Shown: positions 31,352 to 40,653, counted from the first letter of the stretch. The stretch is 64,000 nucleotides of DNA from Candidatus Cloacimonadota bacterium (GCA_963667255.1 OY762940.1:32001-96000), one strand, 5' to 3'. Notes: generated from the letters alone by a model not told the origin. Numbers and translations are program-made.

Positions 31352-31582
31352 TTATTTAAACACAAAAAAAGAGACAGCTCGGTAAATTCGAACTATCTCT
31401 AAACTATATAAATTTCTGTTGACTACATAACTTTCGCCAAGCCTTGACTGACTGACTGACTGACTGACTGACTGACTGACTGACTGACTGACTGACTGAC
31501 TGACTGACTGACTGACTGACTGACTGACTGACTGACTGACTGACTGACTGACTGACTGACTGACTATTCTATTCATTTTCAT
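31352..31582 (-). CDS. Putative leader peptide containing the (AGTC)30 tract
   Basis: MKMNRIV(SQSV)nRLG...FFVFK*. Ends 20 nt before the FGE-fold ATG and crosses the leader terminator. Confidence 0.6.
   Translation of the reverse strand: MKMNRIVSQSVSQSVSQSVSQSVSQSVSQSVSQSVSQSVSQSVSQSRLGESYVVNRNLYSLEIVRIYRAVSFFVFK
31364..31400 (-). terminator. Intrinsic terminator/attenuator in the leader of the FGE-fold gene
   Basis: Minus strand agagatagttcg-aatttac-cgagctgtctct (12-bp stem with two G-U pairs) followed directly by a U run. Confidence 0.8.
31446..31565. repeat. Tetranucleotide microsatellite (GACT)30 = (AGTC)30 on the coding strand
   Basis: Perfect 120-bp tract, counted directly. Confidence 0.98.
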
Positions 31583-31616
31583 ATGACGATGTTTTAAATT
31601 TTTTTATGTCCGTCAA
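31583..31616 (-). promoter_or_regulatory. Putative promoter for the leader/FGE transcript (probably leaderless)
   Basis: TTGACG at 31616-31611, 34 nt before the leader ATG. No Shine-Dalgarno and no canonical -10. Confidence 0.5.
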
Positions 31617-31815
31617 CCAAGAATTAAGAAAATTTATTATGCGGTATAAACACTATGTTTGGGCTCCCTGCTCTCTCTCCTCTCATACTCACGGTCTATC
31701 AATCACAAGGCTATTCTATTGCTTGGTGCTTTTGTACTTGAACGCAGAGAACCAGTAGGCGTAAGGACAGGATTTAAGGAACAAATAATTCTTCGTTATC
31801 GTGCTTTCTAATTCT

Positions 31816-31878
31816 CGTATGCATTCCCAAGTCTGTCAAGCATAATACATTTGTGCTTGGCTAGAGCTTGGGAACGAG
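31816..31878 (-). repeat. REP-like palindrome, copy 2, with a nested second palindrome
   Basis: Reverse complement ctcgttcccaagctct...acttgggaatgcatacg with caagca...tgcttg (31837-31859) inside. Confidence 0.7.
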
Positions 31879-31958
31879 GAAGATTAGCTATATTTTAGTG
31901 GTCAGATTAGGGGAAGTTGCGAGAATGAGAGAGAGATGCGGGTGCAGGGAGCGGTGGA

Positions 31959-32059
31959 ACAAAAAAACACTGGCGAGTTCTCAACTCGCCAGTGCTCCGT
32001 ATTTATTCATTATTCATTTTTATCTTTTATTTGATTTGCTCTGCCACAGAGCAAATCCT
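31959..32059 (-). repeat. About 100-bp direct repeat, copy B (hairpin + terminator) downstream of the MFS gene
   Basis: Same hairpin at 32033-32057; terminator stem 31966-31996 with a compensatory substitution versus copy A. Confidence 0.9.
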
Positions 32060-33264
32060 CACTCCACCCACTGCTCTTTCACTGTGGTCAAGAGAACTCC
32101 ACCCACAACAAAAAAGCACAGAACTGACAAAATGGAATATTGCTGAGAGCCTGTAATATAGGCGATTTGACCGTAAACTATCGGTCCGAAAATCGAAGTA
32201 AGTTTGCCAGTGAATGAGTAAAATCCGAAAAACTCGCTGACCTTCTCTTTGGGTGTAAGCCGAGCCAACATCACTCTGGAAGACGATTGCGAAGAGCCGA
32301 TAGCGATGCCTGCCAATAGTCCCACGAAATAGTACTCAAAAGTGCTTCGACAAAAGAAAGCCCAAAAAACCACAAGCGACCAAATCAACAGGGTAATTAA
32401 AATCGTTTTTTTTGCACCTATCCAATCCAAAACATAACCGAACAGCCACGCTCCTGCCATCGAGGTCAATTGTGCTAAGATGAAATAAAAAATCAACTGC
32501 GAGCTACTCATCCCGAAGCGAGTCGCCCCATATATCGATGCGAAAGAGATGACTACGATAATTCCATCGTTATAAATGAGATAGCTTATCAGAAATTTCA
32601 ACAAGTTCTTGTAGTTGCGGATATTGGCAAAAGTGTGGCTAATCCTCCGAAATGCTGTGCGGAAATAGTTGGAGCGTTTGGACGGAAGTTGCACCTCTTT
32701 TAGCAAAACAAAGGTCACAATGGACAAAATCCCGAAAAATGCACCAACCATCGGGAAGACCAATTTAACATCTATCTTCAGCAGGAACAGTGCCAAAAAC
32801 AAAGAGACCAATCCACCCATATAGCCGATACCCCAGCCAAGCCCAGAAATTTTCCCGATATTGTTTGTGTTGGATATCTCTGGCAAAAAAGCGTTGTAAA
32901 AAACATTGCCACAACTAAATCCGTAATTGGCAATTATAAAGAAAATCATCCCCATTGCTACATCGCCTTTTCGCACGAAATACAATAAGGAAGTGAATAT
33001 CACACATAGATAACAATTAATGAAGAGGAATTTTTTTTTGGACCGAGAATAGTCGGCGACCGCCCCCAAAACAGGCGAAGAGATTGCTACCAAAATCATC
33101 GAGATGCTCACAGCCCAGCCCCACAGAGCTGTCGCATATTCTCCACCACCTACCACAACATCCTTGAAATAAACGCTGTAAACCACCGTGACTATTATCG
33201 TGGTAAAAGAAGAGTTGGCAAAATCGTAAAAAATCCAACCGAAGATATTTTTATTCATTTTCAT
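32059..33264 (-). CDS. MFS transporter (UMF1/BtlA-like)
   Basis: WIFYDFANS, FYNAFLP, GWGIGYMGG, IYNDG, SEFFGFY; about 12 TMs. Confidence 0.9.
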   Translation of the reverse strand: MKMNKNIFGWIFYDFANSSFTTIIVTVVYSVYFKDVVVGGGEYATALWGWAVSISMILVAISSPVLGAVADYSRSKKKFLFINCYLCVIFTSLLYFVRKGDVAMGMIFFIIANYGFSCGNVFYNAFLPEISNTNNIGKISGLGWGIGYMGGLVSLFLALFLLKIDVKLVFPMVGAFFGILSIVTFVLLKEVQLPSKRSNYFRTAFRRISHTFANIRNYKNLLKFLISYLIYNDGIIVVISFASIYGATRFGMSSSQLIFYFILAQLTSMAGAWLFGYVLDWIGAKKTILITLLIWSLVVFWAFFCRSTFEYYFVGLLAGIAIGSSQSSSRVMLARLTPKEKVSEFFGFYSFTGKLTSIFGPIVYGQIAYITGSQQYSILSVLCFFVVGGVLLTTVKEQWVE

Positions 33265-33427
33265 TTAATTCCCCACAATCAATCCAACTGAAACCGTCAA
33301 CAAAAGCGATTATTTTCTCTTGACTCCAAATCATACATAATCTTGACTACTATCAAGAAAATAGCGAAATTGAAAATCTGTTTATTTGTTGTAGAACTCC
33401 TTTTTCCGTCAACAATTTTCAATAATC

Positions 33428-36400
33428 TTGGGAAAAATTAAAATAAGATTTGAATTTATGATTATTAATAACCGTTACAAAGTCATCCGAGAGATGGACA
33501 AGACATTTTGGGCAACCATTTATCAGGTCAAAGACATCAGAAATGAAAAAATGTACGCTCTTAAACTCTTTTCTGGTCTGTCTTGCGAAGAGTTTTACTC
33601 CCGCTTTTCAGCCGAAGAGCTAACACTATTGACCAGAATAAAGCACCCCAACATCATCAGAACTTACGATTTTGGAGTTTTCAGCAATGCGATTTACTCC
33701 CTTTCCGCTTATTACGATTTGCCCTCATTAAATAAATTCTCTTTCATCAATATTGATGACATTTACAAGATTGTTAACGGGATTTGTTTGGGATTAAACG
33801 CTCTGCACAAGGAAGGCTTGGTTCACCAAAACTTGCGACTCAAAAATGTTTTATACGACCCCGAGACAATGCAAGCTAAAATACTGGATTGCAACTTCGT
33901 TAACACCGAAATCTCCAAACAAAAATTAATTGTGGAGTATCTGCCGTATTTGGCTCCAGAAGTTTATGACGGCGAACCGGCAATTGTCCAAAGCGACCTT
34001 TATTCACTGGGAGTCATCCTGTATTACATCGCCTGCGGACGATACCCATTCACCATACAACAAATCCAAAATCTTCAAAGCTCGGAAAGCTACTATCCGA
34101 TAACTCCGTCCAAACTTAATCCGCAAGTCACCCCAATGCTGGACTCGTTGATTTTGCGACTACTGAGCAGATTGCCGGAAGAGAGATTTGAAAATTCGTT
34201 AGACATACTGAAATACATAAACCAAAACCTCGGCACTGAAAAAGTGCAAATCCCCCAACACAACGAAGACAATTTCATTTTCGGAAAAGGCACTATCCAT
34301 ACCAAAAACTTGAGCCAACTTCTTGCAGATTTGCAGACGGTGCAACAACAAAAAAACGGCAGAATATTATATATCATCGGAGATTACGGCTCAGGGAAAT
34401 CCAATCTACTAAAACATTTCCGCTACTCCATCCTCAACGAAAATTACACCATTTTCCATTATAAATGTGACAAAGACAACTCTGACCCCTTGTTCACCAT
34501 CGTCAAAGAATGTTTGGACAAAAACAACGAAAACCAAATCGTCCAAAAATACGAAAATATTTCCGAGAAATACAAAGAGTTCCTCTATAAATCGGAGGAG
34601 CAAGCCCTGAAATTACCAGATTCTACAGAAAGTGTAAAAACCGATACGGAATTTGTGCAAGAGTTCTTCTACACTTTGGCAAAGCAAAAAACTTTAGTCA
34701 TAATAATTGAGAATATTGATTATCTTAAGTCCGATACAATTCAAGCACTTGACATCATTTCCAAAACTATCAGCACCCATAGCATATTTTTTGTGCTTAG
34801 TGGCAATCGACACAACAATATAGATACTGTGATGCATAAAAACAAAACTTTTCTTCCCAATCTCGACTATGAAAAAACAAAAAAATTCGTTTCCCGTATA
34901 ATCCCCGAGAAGGAGATAAAAAAACCACTTTTAAACCTTATTTTCGACAAATCAGCAGGTAACCCAGAATTTATCAAGAAAATTTTGCTCCAATTGTCCC
35001 AAGACCATTTACTGTATAACGAAAATATCCCAAAAGATTATCATCTCCCCTCAACCTTTAGTTCGGATGTGAAAGAAACAATCTTAAAATCACTAAATCA
35101 ACTTCCAAACTATGAATTAATAAAAAAGCTCTCATTTTTCTATGTGCCTCTTACCAGCCAAAGTATCCAAAAAATTTTAAAAATATCCCAAAAAGAAGTT
35201 TGCTTTCTCCTCTCCGACCTTTTGGAAACCCACATTTTTATCCACGATAACGAATCTTACAGTTTCAATTCCGAACAAAGCAAAATCTACCTCAGCCAAC
35301 AACTGACAAAGACTGAAAAAGAAGAGATAGCCAAAAATATTTTCGCCTACTACCAAGACAATCCCATAGAAAATCTCAAAACAGCAGAAGGCTTACTCAG
35401 ATACTCTTTCATTCTCAAAAACTTTCTGAAAGCAAGAGATTACAGCCTCATCTGTGCAAACTTGCACTTGGAAAACAAGCAATTCGAAGAAGCATACTTT
35501 CACTACTTCCAAATCGGAAAACTTCACTCTTTAAGACTATTGCCTCAAAAATATTTGCAGGAAGATTTGGAAACTCTGACGATAAATTCTAAACTAAACT
35601 CCATAAAAAGTTTGCAACTGCTATCTCAATTCCCAGAGAAGAAAACAGAGAAATTGAGAGCCATACTTCTCCAAGATTCGGGAAATATAAAATTAGCAGA
35701 AAACATATTTGATAATTTGAAACTCGACTCTGACAACATCGACAAGATTCTTCGCATTCGCCAAATTAGAAATAAACTGCTCCTCAATAAATTAGACCAA
35801 GCATCTGCTCTCTTGGATGCATTTTCGCCCGAATCTCTAAAGGATAAAATTTACAAAATAATAATGCAAGCGGAACTTCTGCTGAAACGCAAAAATCCGG
35901 ATAAAGCCACTACAATCCTCAACGAGTTCATAGAAAATCACAATTTGGACGAATTGAAAAATGATTACATTCTCAGCAAATTTTACGAAGTGCTCTCCAA
36001 CTGCCTCCACATAAAAAGGCATCTCGAAGAAGCCGAGAAATACTACTTAATTGCCCAACAAATTTTGAAAGAAACCGGATACACAATCGGGCTGTGCAAC
36101 AATTACATAGATTTAGGCGGTCTGTATTTGACTGCAGGGAATATTGACAAAGCCTTAGATTACCTGTCCCAAGCACAAAAGCTTTCGCAAAATTACGCAC
36201 AAGGGCAACTACGCGTTTCCTATAGCTACGGCAAAGCCTACATCAAGATGGGTGAATTTGAGAAAGCGATAGAGTATTTTGAAATTGCCAAAAAAATCTG
36301 CAAACAAACCAAAAACAATTTTCGCTACTCTATGTGCAAAATGCATATAGCCTCTTGCATAATGAAATGCAAGGGATACGGCGACTTTTACAATTTCGTT

Positions 36401-38740
36401 CTCAAATTCAAACCGGAGATTTTCGACTGGGAAATCAAAGATTTTGACCCACTTACAAGAGCGTTTTTCATTTACCTCATCTCCACCGAACAGATAGAAG
36501 GCTTGGAGCAAAAACTCGAACAAAACTCTCTTCTTTACCTGAAAAACAAAAACCATTATGAGATTTACTACAGCCTACTCGGACGCATCGCACATCTGAA
36601 AAAAGATTTCGATACAGCTATTTCTCACTTTGAAAAAGCCATAGAAATAGTGAAAGGAGTCCACAATTACGCACATTGCACCTTGCTCTACGACCTTAGC
36701 AAAGTCCATATCAGCAAAAAAGAGTTCGAAAAAGCCGCCATCATTTGCCAACAATTGGAAGAGATGAGTAAACAGTTCAACTTCAACTATTGGCACGAAC
36801 ACGCAAAATTGGAAAAGCTGAAAATAGATATTTTCGCCAATAAAATCAACTACAGACAAGCTTTTTTCATCGCAAAAACCTCTCTAACTTCTTGCCAAAC
36901 CAAAAATTACTTTATGCACACTTTGGAATATTACAAAATAATTATCCAAATTCTCGATTTCTACAATTTGAAAAAACAAGCCGAAAATTACATTTCCGAT
37001 TATAAAAAGCAAATTGAAAAAATCTGTCTCGGTCTTCCTCCCGAAGTGACTGCAAAAATCAAAAAATCTTACAAATTTTCCACCAAAAACTTTTCGGAAC
37101 TATTAGAATTCAAATTTCCGATAGACACGAAAATTAATATTGTTGCCGAGCAAAACGAGCTAATAAAAATCTTGGACATTCGCGACATCGAGAGAATTAA
37201 GTTCTTTGTTTGGAAGATGATAAAGAAATTTTTCGCTCCGTCAGGATTTTTGATTTTAATCGAGAACGAACAATTTTATGTCAAAAACATCGATAAAACC
37301 GAAATCGAAAGCTACGCAAAAATGATTTTAACTGAGAACACCACCAAAATTAGCAAAAAGTCGATTGTTGCTCCTCTGCAAATAGACAAAATCCCCAAAG
37401 GATTAATCGTTCTGAAAAACGAGACGGAGATACCATACAAACCCAGAGAAATCAATCTCTTCAAAAAATTGTTTCCCTACCTTTCCTATGTGATTTTCCA
37501 AATCATCAATGTGTCTCAAGTGTTAACGGAAAAAAAATTGCTCCAAAAAATGATGGAACTGAACATCATAGATTGCGTAGATGCCAAGCAAATAATGACG
37601 AATATTCTTGCTTTCCTCTTGGAAGTTACTGAAGCAAAAAGAGGGTTTTGGATAGAAAAAGATTACATCAACAGCACCGACGGCATAAACCTCTGGAAAC
37701 TGGGGCTTAGTGACCAAGGAGAGTATCTGCACACACAAAATTTCGTCTCCAATTATCTGATAGACTCCTTTGGCAAAAGAGAAAATTTTTACAAAATCTC
37801 CTCTCATTTGGTCTCGGATAAAAGCTTCGTCCAAACCTTGCAAAGATTCTCAATTTCCGAGTTTGAAATCTTCCTTTTTCCCATCGTCTTGGATAACAGA
37901 ATCAATTCCTTCTTGTATCTTGATACTTTCCAAGCCAAAAACGAAGCCACTAAATTACGCATCAATAAGGAATTTTTACTCACTTTCACCAACTATGTGG
38001 ACAAGATGCTCCAAACTTTCAAAGTTAACCAAATACTGAAAATCCAAATGGAGAAGCAAGAAAAAGTCACTCAAGCCAAGTCAACAGCCGTCAAGATTAT
38101 CAAAGACAGCTTCCTGATGCCCATCGAAGAGACAAAGTCCCTTCTGACTCAACCAGAACCTGACTTGGATAAGGCTTTGTTCAATCTTTCTTATCTGGAA
38201 CATTCGATTAACTCCTCTTTCTTTTTCAACAATCTCGACTCTCTGAAAACAAAATCCCATTTGAAATACAGCCTAAAAGAGTTGGCAGAAACCGTCCTGA
38301 ATAACTACAAATATATGTCAGAAAAATTGCAGATTAAATTTTCCATCGAAATAGATAACCTGAAAGTGAACAAAAAATCTTTCCTCATCATTCTGGACAA
38401 TATCATCCTCAATGCCCTGCAACACGCCCAAAGCTATATCGAAATCGGCTCGCGGAAATCGAAATTTAACAACGAGAGAATCGACAATCAAGAAAGTTTA
38501 ATTATCTACATCAATAACGACGGCGAAGTCCCGAATTTGGAAGATTTGCAAAACTCTTTCCAAAACCAGTTTTCGCAAAATTCCCGTCACTCCGCACACG
38601 AAAATAACAATCAAGAATTGGGCATCGGACTGCATCTTTGCAAAACCATTGTCGAAAAAATGAACGGAAAAATTTGGCCATTCACCCGAGAAAACATCAC
38701 GACCTGCTATGTCGCCTTGCCTATTGACAGAGAGAGCTAA
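33428..38740 (+). CDS. Large multidomain signalling protein: degenerate Ser/Thr kinase + P-loop NTPase + TPR + HATPase-like C-terminus (likely start 33458)
   Basis: ALK, HPNII, YLAPE, DLYSLGV; GDYGSGKS; SAGNP; TPRs; NIILNALQH, NDG, GIGLHLCK.IVEKMNGKI. Confidence 0.85.
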   Translation: MGKIKIRFEFMIINNRYKVIREMDKTFWATIYQVKDIRNEKMYALKLFSGLSCEEFYSRFSAEELTLLTRIKHPNIIRTYDFGVFSNAIYSLSAYYDLPSLNKFSFINIDDIYKIVNGICLGLNALHKEGLVHQNLRLKNVLYDPETMQAKILDCNFVNTEISKQKLIVEYLPYLAPEVYDGEPAIVQSDLYSLGVILYYIACGRYPFTIQQIQNLQSSESYYPITPSKLNPQVTPMLDSLILRLLSRLPEERFENSLDILKYINQNLGTEKVQIPQHNEDNFIFGKGTIHTKNLSQLLADLQTVQQQKNGRILYIIGDYGSGKSNLLKHFRYSILNENYTIFHYKCDKDNSDPLFTIVKECLDKNNENQIVQKYENISEKYKEFLYKSEEQALKLPDSTESVKTDTEFVQEFFYTLAKQKTLVIIIENIDYLKSDTIQALDIISKTISTHSIFFVLSGNRHNNIDTVMHKNKTFLPNLDYEKTKKFVSRIIPEKEIKKPLLNLIFDKSAGNPEFIKKILLQLSQDHLLYNENIPKDYHLPSTFSSDVKETILKSLNQLPNYELIKKLSFFYVPLTSQSIQKILKISQKEVCFLLSDLLETHIFIHDNESYSFNSEQSKIYLSQQLTKTEKEEIAKNIFAYYQDNPIENLKTAEGLLRYSFILKNFLKARDYSLICANLHLENKQFEEAYFHYFQIGKLHSLRLLPQKYLQEDLETLTINSKLNSIKSLQLLSQFPEKKTEKLRAILLQDSGNIKLAENIFDNLKLDSDNIDKILRIRQIRNKLLLNKLDQASALLDAFSPESLKDKIYKIIMQAELLLKRKNPDKATTILNEFIENHNLDELKNDYILSKFYEVLSNCLHIKRHLEEAEKYYLIAQQILKETGYTIGLCNNYIDLGGLYLTAGNIDKALDYLSQAQKLSQNYAQGQLRVSYSYGKAYIKMGEFEKAIEYFEIAKKICKQTKNNFRYSMCKMHIASCIMKCKGYGDFYNFVLKFKPEIFDWEIKDFDPLTRAFFIYLISTEQIEGLEQKLEQNSLLYLKNKNHYEIYYSLLGRIAHLKKDFDTAISHFEKAIEIVKGVHNYAHCTLLYDLSKVHISKKEFEKAAIICQQLEEMSKQFNFNYWHEHAKLEKLKIDIFANKINYRQAFFIAKTSLTSCQTKNYFMHTLEYYKIIIQILDFYNLKKQAENYISDYKKQIEKICLGLPPEVTAKIKKSYKFSTKNFSELLEFKFPIDTKINIVAEQNELIKILDIRDIERIKFFVWKMIKKFFAPSGFLILIENEQFYVKNIDKTEIESYAKMILTENTTKISKKSIVAPLQIDKIPKGLIVLKNETEIPYKPREINLFKKLFPYLSYVIFQIINVSQVLTEKKLLQKMMELNIIDCVDAKQIMTNILAFLLEVTEAKRGFWIEKDYINSTDGINLWKLGLSDQGEYLHTQNFVSNYLIDSFGKRENFYKISSHLVSDKSFVQTLQRFSISEFEIFLFPIVLDNRINSFLYLDTFQAKNEATKLRINKEFLLTFTNYVDKMLQTFKVNQILKIQMEKQEKVTQAKSTAVKIIKDSFLMPIEETKSLLTQPEPDLDKALFNLSYLEHSINSSFFFNNLDSLKTKSHLKYSLKELAETVLNNYKYMSEKLQIKFSIEIDNLKVNKKSFLIILDNIILNALQHAQSYIEIGSRKSKFNNERIDNQESLIIYINNDGEVPNLEDLQNSFQNQFSQNSRHSAHENNNQELGIGLHLCKTIVEKMNGKIWPFTRENITTCYVALPIDRES

Positions 38741-39738
38741 TGCAAAAGAAACACTTGATTTTAAGCTTTGAAACTTCCTGCGACGATACCGGAGTGGCAG
38801 TCGTTGATACGGAATACAATGTCCTTTCCAATGTTGTTTCCAGTCAATTCGTCCACGAAAAATACGGAGGAGTTGTCCCTGAGCTTGCCAGCCGAGACCA
38901 CCTAAAAAATATTGCTCGTGTCTGCCAACAAGCCTTGCGACAAGCGAACATTCCCCTTGCTGAAATCGATGCTGTCGCCGTATCGGTAAACCCGGGACTA
39001 ATCGGAGCACTTTTGGTCGGAGTGAGCTTTGCCAAATCTCTCGCATACTCAATCAACAAGCCACTCATCGCTGTAAATCATCTCTTGGGGCACATCTCCG
39101 CCATCAAGCTGAATTATCCGAATTTGACTCCGCCATACTTGGCTCTTGTCGTCAGTGGCGGACATACACAATTAGTCCATTTCACTGATGTAAACAACTT
39201 TAAAATCGTGGGAAGCACGGTAGATGATGCAGCGGGAGAAGCGTTCGACAAAACCGCCAAACTCCTCAACCTCGGCTACCCCGGAGGAAAAATCATAGAC
39301 AAACTCGCCAAAAAGGGAAATCCCAGTTTTGTCCATTTCACTAGAGCCTTAAACAAAAAAAACAATTTCAATTTCAGCTTTTCCGGCTTAAAAACCGCCA
39401 TAATGAACTACATCGCTGAAGCCACAACTGAACAATTGGAACTTCATCTTGAGGATATCGTCGCCAGTGTGCAAGAGAGCATCATCGACAGCCTCTACAG
39501 CAAAACTATCGCCTGTGCCAAGTTCCACAAAATCGAACAAATCGTGGTAGCTGGCGGAGTTTCCGCCAATTCCCGTTTGAGAGAAAAATTTAGCGGGAAA
39601 GCTCTCTTCCCCGACTTCCGCTACTGCACCGATAATGCGGCGATGATAGGAGCTGCGGCTATCGATTTATACCTAAACAAAGATTTTTCATCCCTCGATT
39701 TGAACGCATTCTCTACCAAAGGGATTAGGAAAATATAA
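38740..39738 (+). CDS. tsaD: tRNA N6-threonylcarbamoyladenosine transferase
   Basis: ETSCDDT, GGVVPELASRDH, VSGGHT, DDAAGEAFDK, FSFSGLKT, TDNAAMI. Confidence 0.97.
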   Translation: MQKKHLILSFETSCDDTGVAVVDTEYNVLSNVVSSQFVHEKYGGVVPELASRDHLKNIARVCQQALRQANIPLAEIDAVAVSVNPGLIGALLVGVSFAKSLAYSINKPLIAVNHLLGHISAIKLNYPNLTPPYLALVVSGGHTQLVHFTDVNNFKIVGSTVDDAAGEAFDKTAKLLNLGYPGGKIIDKLAKKGNPSFVHFTRALNKKNNFNFSFSGLKTAIMNYIAEATTEQLELHLEDIVASVQESIIDSLYSKTIACAKFHKIEQIVVAGGVSANSRLREKFSGKALFPDFRYCTDNAAMIGAAAIDLYLNKDFSSLDLNAFSTKGIRKI

Positions 39739-39763
39739 ACGACATTCAAAAGGAGAATTTTTC

Positions 39764-40312
39764 ATGTTATCTAAAAAACTAATTAGACTTTTTATTATGT
39801 GGTCAATTTTTGCACTATCACTCACAGCATGTTCAATTACAAATCCAGTTCTAAACCATTCTGGTGGTAACTATCGCAGTATTACCGATGATAAACTGCT
39901 TAATGAATCTTTATCAATGGCAATTGAAGAAATTTCAATCAATCTTAATCTTAATAAGAAATTTTTAATTGTGCAAACAATTAAAAATCCTACGAACGAA
40001 TATATTGCTGATAGACTTTTCGAAAAACTTTACAATGACGGGTACACAGTCGGCAAATCTGATTTTTCTCCAAGTAACTCAAATAACACTTTTGATAAAT
40101 TTCTAATTTTTTATCCAACAGTTTACGGAGTAGAAAACTATCAAACTCGCCCAACACTATTAGGAGCTATGACCATTATATTTACTCCGCTATTTTTTCA
40201 CAGCGATAGAAAAGCATCAGTAGTTATTCATTGTCGCTTAGTTGATAAAAAAACTATGGCAATAGAGTGGATTAAAGATTTTTCTGGAAATTCATCTATG
40301 CGATTATATTAG
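39764..40312 (+). CDS. Hypothetical lipoprotein
   Basis: RBS aaggag, lipobox LTAC. Confidence 0.7.
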   Translation: MLSKKLIRLFIMWSIFALSLTACSITNPVLNHSGGNYRSITDDKLLNESLSMAIEEISINLNLNKKFLIVQTIKNPTNEYIADRLFEKLYNDGYTVGKSDFSPSNSNNTFDKFLIFYPTVYGVENYQTRPTLLGAMTIIFTPLFFHSDRKASVVIHCRLVDKKTMAIEWIKDFSGNSSMRLY

Positions 40313-40425
40313 TTATTTGCGACTAATTCTCAACTTGCTATATGCCAATTGGTTGTCCCAATTTTGTCTTGACATCAACCACAAAGAATTTCTTTTAACG
40401 ATACACTAAAAATCAGGAGGATATA

Positions 40426-40596
40426 ATGGCTGTAATAATAGATGAAAGCAAATGTGCAGGCTGTGGAGCATGTGTGGGTACTTGCCCTGTAGAGGCCTTG
40501 AGTATGGATGGCGACATAGCTGTTGTTGACGAAGATACTTGCATCGATTGTGGAGCATGCATAAGTTCATGCCCTTGCGATGCTATCTCTCAATAG
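40426..40596 (+). CDS. 2[4Fe-4S] ferredoxin, 56 aa (below the ORF-track cutoff)
   Basis: RBS aggagg; MAVIIDESKCAGCGACVGTCPVEALSMDGDIAVVDEDTCIDCGACISSCPCDAISQ with two CxxCxxCxxxCP motifs. Confidence 0.95.
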   Translation: MAVIIDESKCAGCGACVGTCPVEALSMDGDIAVVDEDTCIDCGACISSCPCDAISQ

Positions 40597-40616
40597 AAGA
40601 TTATCAAATACTTAAT

Positions 40617-40650
40617 GAAGCACCTATTTTAATTTTAAAATAGGTGCTTC
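40617..40650. terminator. Bidirectional terminator between convergent genes
   Basis: gaagcacctattttaa-tt-ttaaaataggtgcttc inverted repeat. Confidence 0.8.
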
Positions 40651-40653
40651 GTT

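Noticed and set aside
31352..31582. SQSV repeat as the N-terminus of the lipoprotein (classical in-gene frameshift switch)
   Set aside because: All three frames stop before 31332, and the lipoprotein has its own RBS and signal peptide.
29830..32060. CRISPR array or integron cassette array
   Set aside because: Repeats occur only two or three times, with irregular spacing, no repeat-spacer periodicity, and no cas or intI gene in view.
30535..32060. Complete diversity-generating retroelement
   Set aside because: No reverse transcriptase, Avd or adenine-rich template repeat found in the window; kept only as a possible remote target.
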